Assembly: GCA_001642005.1 (NCBI GenBank)
Contig: LWCA01000220.1
Coordinates: 1-38,995, forward strand
Direction of reading: 5' to 3'
Source: Intoshia linei
Lineage: Eukaryota > Animalia > Orthonectida
Length of the DNA stretch: 38,995 bases
Position 1 is the stretch's first letter, and each line of letters opens with the position of its first letter. The notes below the pieces were generated by a model. The model worked only from the letters and a program-made list of their open reading frames with translations. It made no database searches and was not told the DNA's origin. Positions 34,501-38,995 of the stretch are shown here, piece by piece. Both the position numbers and the translations under genes were made by a program.

Positions 34501-37500
34501 AATGGTATTTTTAATTAAAACAGTTACCAAATAAAAAAATTTATAGACTAAGGTTTTGATGGTTGAGTCGAGTTATATTTTTATTTGTCATAAAAAATAT
34601 TAAATGTGAAAATACAGTCAGATTTTAATTTTAGAGTACATTGAACGTTATATCGAATAGATCAGGCATTGTCAACTTTTTTTCGCTGTGGAACCTAAAA
34701 AAAATTGTATACATTACATCTTTTGTTTATATAAAATGTAATGTGTGTGGGTTACTCTTTATTTAAAAACCCTGTTTCTAATACATTTTTTCACGAGTAA
34801 TACAGCATCGAAAATTTCAGTGACAGTATTTGTATTATATCTGACTACATTTATTATTACACATAAATAAAACTAATTAATGAATTGATAAAACACTTTT
34901 TAACAATATGGCCAGGGCCGTGAAAAGGTCTATAGAGGACATATGACTAGGGTCTACAATCATGAGGGCCTACTTTTTTAATTTTTGTTATGTTGGAAAA
35001 TTTCTTAAGTATACTAAAATTTCGATAATAAATTTGATTTCCAACGGTTATTTTTAATTTTTAGATAATGAACGATCGATTAGCAATTTTTATAGGTCCA
35101 TAAAATTTCCATCTGACAAGGGCTTATTGTTGACTCTCTACGAGCCTGGATATGGTAAATCCCATAAAATTGAATGGTACACTGTAATGTCCCCACCAAG
35201 AGACCATATGACGTGTCTACTATTTTAAATTGACAAATTATAGAAAAAAAGTTTGGAAATCGTTAGATGAAACGATACATAGTGGAACCAAAATTTTTTT
35301 AGTGATCTCTAATTGATATATTTACGTCAAGTTAATGTTGATTTCATGAGCTAGGGTTGTAATTTGTTGTTATATTTTTATTTAAACATTTAATGAACAA
35401 TATTTAAGCGGAAATATCAATTGTCAGTATGGGGAAAAACAAAACTGTGCAAATTTCACCAGCAATCAATCATAAATCAAGTAAAGAATGTACTGTTCAA
35501 AAATCTAATATGTACAACGACATGAGTATGGATGTATCTACAAGTGACAAATCTTGTTTTATAAAAGATGAAAGTGTCGATATGAAATTATCATTGAGAA
35601 ATAACGATTCAGGGACTTGTCGCGCTACGATTGGTATTGTTTAATAAAATAGTTAGCAATTTAAAAAAATCAATACTAATTTAATTTTTTGACCGTGAAT
35701 GATCCAATTTATACAATTAAATTTTTTTGTGGGTTAACTGGAATGACTTAACTGATTTTTTTAAAATACTTGTAATTTTTTTATTTGTTAAATTGTATGA
35801 GATCTACAATTTCCATCTGGCTGAGCCTACTTCTCGCCCTCCACGGCCCTGTACATACCCAGTGTGTACTAATCCTAATTTTTAGAATTTTTAACCGCCA
35901 ATATACCTTATTTTTTTACTTATCATAAAAAGGTTAGTTGATAATTTTATGAAATTTTTAATATTATAAAACCAAAAATAAGTATATTAGGATAATAAAA
36001 CTAGGTTTGACAAAAATTTGAACAGATTAATAAAAACTAATTAATTTTTTGAATTATTTCAGTAGTTTAATTTTTTATATTAGACACAGCCAAATATGAT
36101 AATTTTATCAACGATACTATTGTTTTGAAAAAACTTAAAAAAACTGATGATTGCTCAAATATATTTAATGGTTAATTATTTCCATGTTTCGCGCATCTTT
36201 ATTAGAAATTTAGAATCATATGTAAGGAATGATGCTTCTATTATGAATGTTTCAAATATTGATAAAACTCGGATTTTCAAAGAAACTTTTTTAAAGTATT
36301 ATTGATATAACTGTGTCCTGTACTCACCGGTCCCCAATAAAATGTGAAAATTTAAAAATGTAATGTATACTAGTTTTAACTGGATTTTCCTTTGTTTTTA
36401 TTTAATATAATAATATTTTATTATTTTATTTTTGCAATATTGAGTTAATTTTATAGTTTCGTCATTGGGCCCAATTTTTTTGAAAAATTTTGTATTTTTA
36501 AGTTAAGGAAGAATTAAGTTTATTTGAAAAGTTAAGTTTACACACTTCAACCTTAAAACGGTACTAATAGTAAAAATATCTTTTAACCAATTAGACCAAT
36601 TGAATCAATTAATGAAACAAAAATAAATACCTTTGTTAATGAAAATGCAGAAATTTCTCATAGTAATTTTTATTCAAATATTATAAATGTATTATAATTT
36701 ATAATACATTAAATTATTAAATAGCAGTGAGTTGATTGCATCGCAATTAATTGAATAATTATGGAGTAACCCACAATCTTTTTAATTCAATGACATAAAA
36801 AATCATATAGAATAGATTGAATTGGGTCGCACATGGGAATTGTGAAAAAAGTCAAACTAAGAATAAGATTTAGTGACATTTAATTTACAATTATAATTTT
36901 AATTTATTCAAATTTCGGTTAATTTCTGAGATTAATAATCGTAAGACGGAAAAATTTTGAAATAAAAATGTTTATCTTTTTTTAATAAGCTTTTAAATTG
37001 AGATTGCATTTATCCACATATTACTGTTATTTTACACCATACGCCCAGTAGGTATTACTTTGCGTATCACTGGTATAATGGTTATAATTTGCGTTTGTAG
37101 AAGTTGAAAACGAATCTGAATTAGACATTACAAATCTAGGTATATTATATAAATTGTGAATTATTTAATTGATTAATAGATTTACCAACTTTGCATGAAT
37201 TAATGACACCAAAATGTTCAAGAATTAAAACCCGTAATTTATTAAATATTCATTATATAATTGTATAAAATTTATCTAGCAAGGCCAGATAAAATGGGTC
37301 ACTACTAATTTTTATTTGTTACATTTAATTTTATATTATTGTCGATCAATTTTTTTATTTGTCAACAATTTGAAAATATCCTCTGCATGTTTTTTATGGT
37401 TAGGGATAATTGATTACAAATATTAAATAACAACTGATTAGATTAAATTCTTTTTGTACAATGTTTTATTTACCCGGTATTTAAGTTCTCGATGCAAAAA

Positions 37501-38418
37501 TACTTTTGATTATAAGAAAAAATTAGCGTTAATTATTAGATTGATTTATATTGTTGAATTTTAGGTTTTTTATTGAATTCCTATACTAATCAAGATAACA
37601 TTTCAGATGGTTACTGTTTTGAAAATATAAAGTTTGATGAACCCGATATAACTGATGAATTAATTCTAGAAGCAGAAAATCGGAGTATTATTTATTTTTT
37701 ATTCGTTACATATTAAATTTTTAGTCAAGTATAAATTCGACGCGATTTCAAACATTCGTTCTTATGATGGTATAATTATAATTAAATAGTTAACAATTTT
37801 TGATTTGTCGTATATTTTTTTTTATTTATTTATAGTTGAACAATTTTTTTCCACTAAATATTTGGATACTGATGTTATTAGCATCCCAGAAGTTTTATTC
37901 ATTCCTGAACATAGTCATGTTTGTATTATTATTTATTTTAGTGTATTATTTTATTGCATTATTATCAATTTTAGCTGATGGAATCACTTCCAAATTTTTA
38001 CGAATTTGAAGACGATTATATTGATAATTATGAAAAGAAATGGTGATTTTTTAATTTGTCAATTTTCAATTCTATATTAGTCTTGAAAATTATAACGAAA
38101 TTATTCAAATTGTTGAAAATGAAATGATAAAACATGAACAAATTTACAATAAAAGAATTCAAATTGAACAAGACATTAAACTTGATGAAGAACATTTGAT
38201 GCAAGGTTAATTAATTTTTATTTTATTATTAATTTAATATTTTATTTTAATATTTAATACTGAATTTATTGTATTTTAAAATCAACTGTTTATTATATAT
38301 ATGTACAATTATTTTTGTTATTTTTTAGCAATTGAAAAGGTAGAAAAATTGAAACTTAATGGTGAAAATTTATTGCGTGATATATATGCGGCTAGAGAAA
38401 ATGTATTCAATATTGAAG
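22517..38418 (+). CDS. KNL1: Kinetochore scaffold KNL1/Spc105 orthologue, 3'-incomplete (~982 aa in window). Exons: 22517-22543, 22582-22664, 23765-23802, 25409-25513, 26441-26662, 27267-27452, 28008-28196, 28679-28903, 30712-30843, 32569-32793, 33118-33303, 34280-34504, 35409-35633, 36084-36170, 36214-36295, 36595-36662, 37101-37139, 37180-37233, 37280-37297, 37565-37684, 37725-37769, 37836-37918, 37975-38042, 38081-38205, 38329-38418
   Basis: The spliced N-terminus MTNKRKRSS|ILKSSSIYQPFSGKLAKQVSFAETCHVL|EFQK carries SILK and RVxF-type motifs in KNL1 order. The long Ser/Asn/Asp/Met-rich middle has MELT-like sites (DMSMDVST, DKSCFIKDESVDMKLS, ELDIT, DKTRIF). Later exons encode YEKKCLENYNEIIQIVENEM..AIEKVEKLKLNGENLL, a coiled coil like the start of the Spc7 region. 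All 25 exons chain in one open frame with GT-AG ends. Exons between 36295 and 37565 are least certain. Confidence 0.85.
22745..22883 (-). mobile_element. 3'-terminal fragment of R1 in KNL1 intron 2
   Basis: ctagattgactgttatgta..gcacctagctct..taccaaaaaaataaatt matches 14558-14690; ends CTAG|T on the minus strand. Confidence 0.6.
23357..23475. mobile_element. Short hAT-type MITE (119 bp)
   Basis: CATGTGTTCTTAA ... TTAAGAACTCATG with 8-bp flanks ttctatat/ttctatgc. Confidence 0.65.
23956..24883. mobile_element. hAT-type non-autonomous element (928 bp) containing a nested MITE
   Basis: Perfect 14-bp TIR CATGAGTTCTTAAC/GTTAAGAACTCATG; 8-bp TSD acttatag/acttatac. Confidence 0.8.
24372..24828. mobile_element. 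hAT (Charlie/MER5-like termini) MITE nested in 23956-24883
   Basis: CAGCGGTTCTCAAC ... GTTGAGAACCCCTG; degenerate 8-bp TSD ctctaata/ccgtaatg. Confidence 0.7.
25923..26198. mobile_element. hAT-type MITE
   Basis: CAGGGGTTTTC ... CGAAACGCTG with TSD caataaat/taataaat. Interior shared with 26714-26910. Confidence 0.7.
26714..26910. mobile_element. hAT-type MITE
   Basis: CAGGGGTTCCCACA ... TGTGGGAAACGCTG with TSD atataaac/atgtaaac. Similar single termini at ~3751, 4574, 6222, 23026 and 34663. Confidence 0.75.
29063..29890. mobile_element. Tc1/mariner-superfamily MITE (828 bp)
   Basis: TA|CAGTCCAACCCCGGTTTGGGG ... CCCCAAAACGGGGTCGGACTG|TA. The empty site is in the paralogous intron (tgtgatggtatgaatt, ~27712-27727). 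Confidence 0.88.
30166..30684. mobile_element. Tc1/mariner-superfamily (Tigger-like) MITE (519 bp)
   Basis: TA|CAGTCGAAATCCTTATTAACGGAATT ... AATTCCATTAATAAGGACTTAGACTA|TA, with internal ttaacggaatt/aattccgttaa repeats. Absent from the paralogous introns before X1 and X3. Confidence 0.85.
31347..31745 (+). mobile_element. 5' fragment of an R1-related Helitron-like repeat
   Basis: A|TCCTTCACTTATATAAAATTGAATGTCTGTGTGTGTG followed by R1 subrepeats; similar starts at ~25645 and ~34719. Confidence 0.55.
34913..35148. mobile_element. hAT-type MITE (CAGGGCCG termini)
   Basis: CAGGGCCGTG ... CTACGAGCCTG with flanks aatatggc/gatatggt. A related right end (ccacggccctg) lies at ~35840-35851. Confidence 0.55.
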
Positions 38419-38995
38419 GTTTGTTGATTTTTTTTTAATTTAATTTGTTAGTTTATTTTTATCTATACATATAGTTAGTTTATATTTTTTCAAGAAAATT
38501 TTACATTATAGTTTACTTTATATGATTATACAGTTTTCTCTCTACAAATCGCTATTTAGTAACTCGCCACGAGTTTTTTCTTTGCTATAGAAATGTTGCC
38601 ATTTTCTACAACTTGCCATCCATTTAATTAAACACATTTTATCAACACCGAGGAGCAATATATGAAAAATTTCTGATTAAACCTTTTTCCAAAATGAACA
38701 TTTAAAAAATTATTTTTAATATCATAACTGTCTAGTTCTGGAACGTGCAGGGGTGGCTATCAGCTGTATGACTTTACCGATCGTTTTAAATTTTTTTAGT
38801 GTCTATTTTTAAGATTCTGTCTCGATTATCGTAGGTTTGGATTTGCCTTTAGGTGACTTAGATACACAAATATTAACGTCATAATTGATCACTATTTTTT
38901 TTAAAAATATGATGGTTAGGGGTGTGAATTTTTTCAAATTATTGCGAAAATACAAAAGTGCCACCCCATACGTGGAAGATGGGGTTGAATGATAC

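Larger units (their letters stand above)
27267..35765 (+). repeat. Intragenic tandem duplication array of KNL1 exons X0-X1-Y1-X2-Y2-X3-Y3-Y4 with flanking intron sequence
   Basis: X exons (DVSMNCNET..KTNG) at 28008, 30712 and 33118, plus a diverged X0 at 27267. Y exons (AEISMVSMG.., all 225 nt) at 28679, 32569, 34280 and 35409. Flanks are duplicated too (27710-28008 vs 29893-30150 and 33000-33118; 32468-32935 vs 35308-35765). Confidence 0.95.

Noticed and set aside
25372-35644. Cluster of short standalone ORFs (60-105 aa) as a small-peptide gene family
   Set aside because: Conservation starts at an AG upstream of the Met and ends at a GT before the stop; they are internal KNL1 exons.
27267-35765. 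CRISPR-like or diversity-generating cassette array
   Set aside because: Eukaryotic context; units are 130-225-nt coding exons with irregular spacing; no cas, reverse transcriptase or recombinase ORF.

Overview
Very AT-rich eukaryotic genomic DNA (animal-like, standard code, GT-AG spliceosomal introns, many only 38-46 nt). The ORF track is misleading because the real genes are spliced. Manual splicing gives three main genes. (1) A + strand KNL1/Spc105 kinetochore scaffold gene, 22517 to beyond 38418, with about 25 exons and about 980 aa inside the window. It is recognised by N-terminal KRKRSSILK and KQVSFAET (SILK/RVSF-type PP1 motifs), a Met-repeat (MELT-like) middle and a C-terminal coiled coil. 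Its repeat region is built from tandemly duplicated, frame-symmetric (phase 1-1) exons. (2) A - strand, three-exon orphan multi-pass membrane protein gene of about 686 aa (14107 to 7607). (3) An old tandem paralogue of that gene (21794 to 17229), now a pseudogene and head-to-head with KNL1. The rest is dominated by non-autonomous DNA transposons: a Helitron-like family, hAT-, Tc1/mariner- and piggyBac-type MITEs, some nested and some with visible empty sites. A few decayed gene fragments are also present. All gene models come from manual reading and need RNA confirmation.
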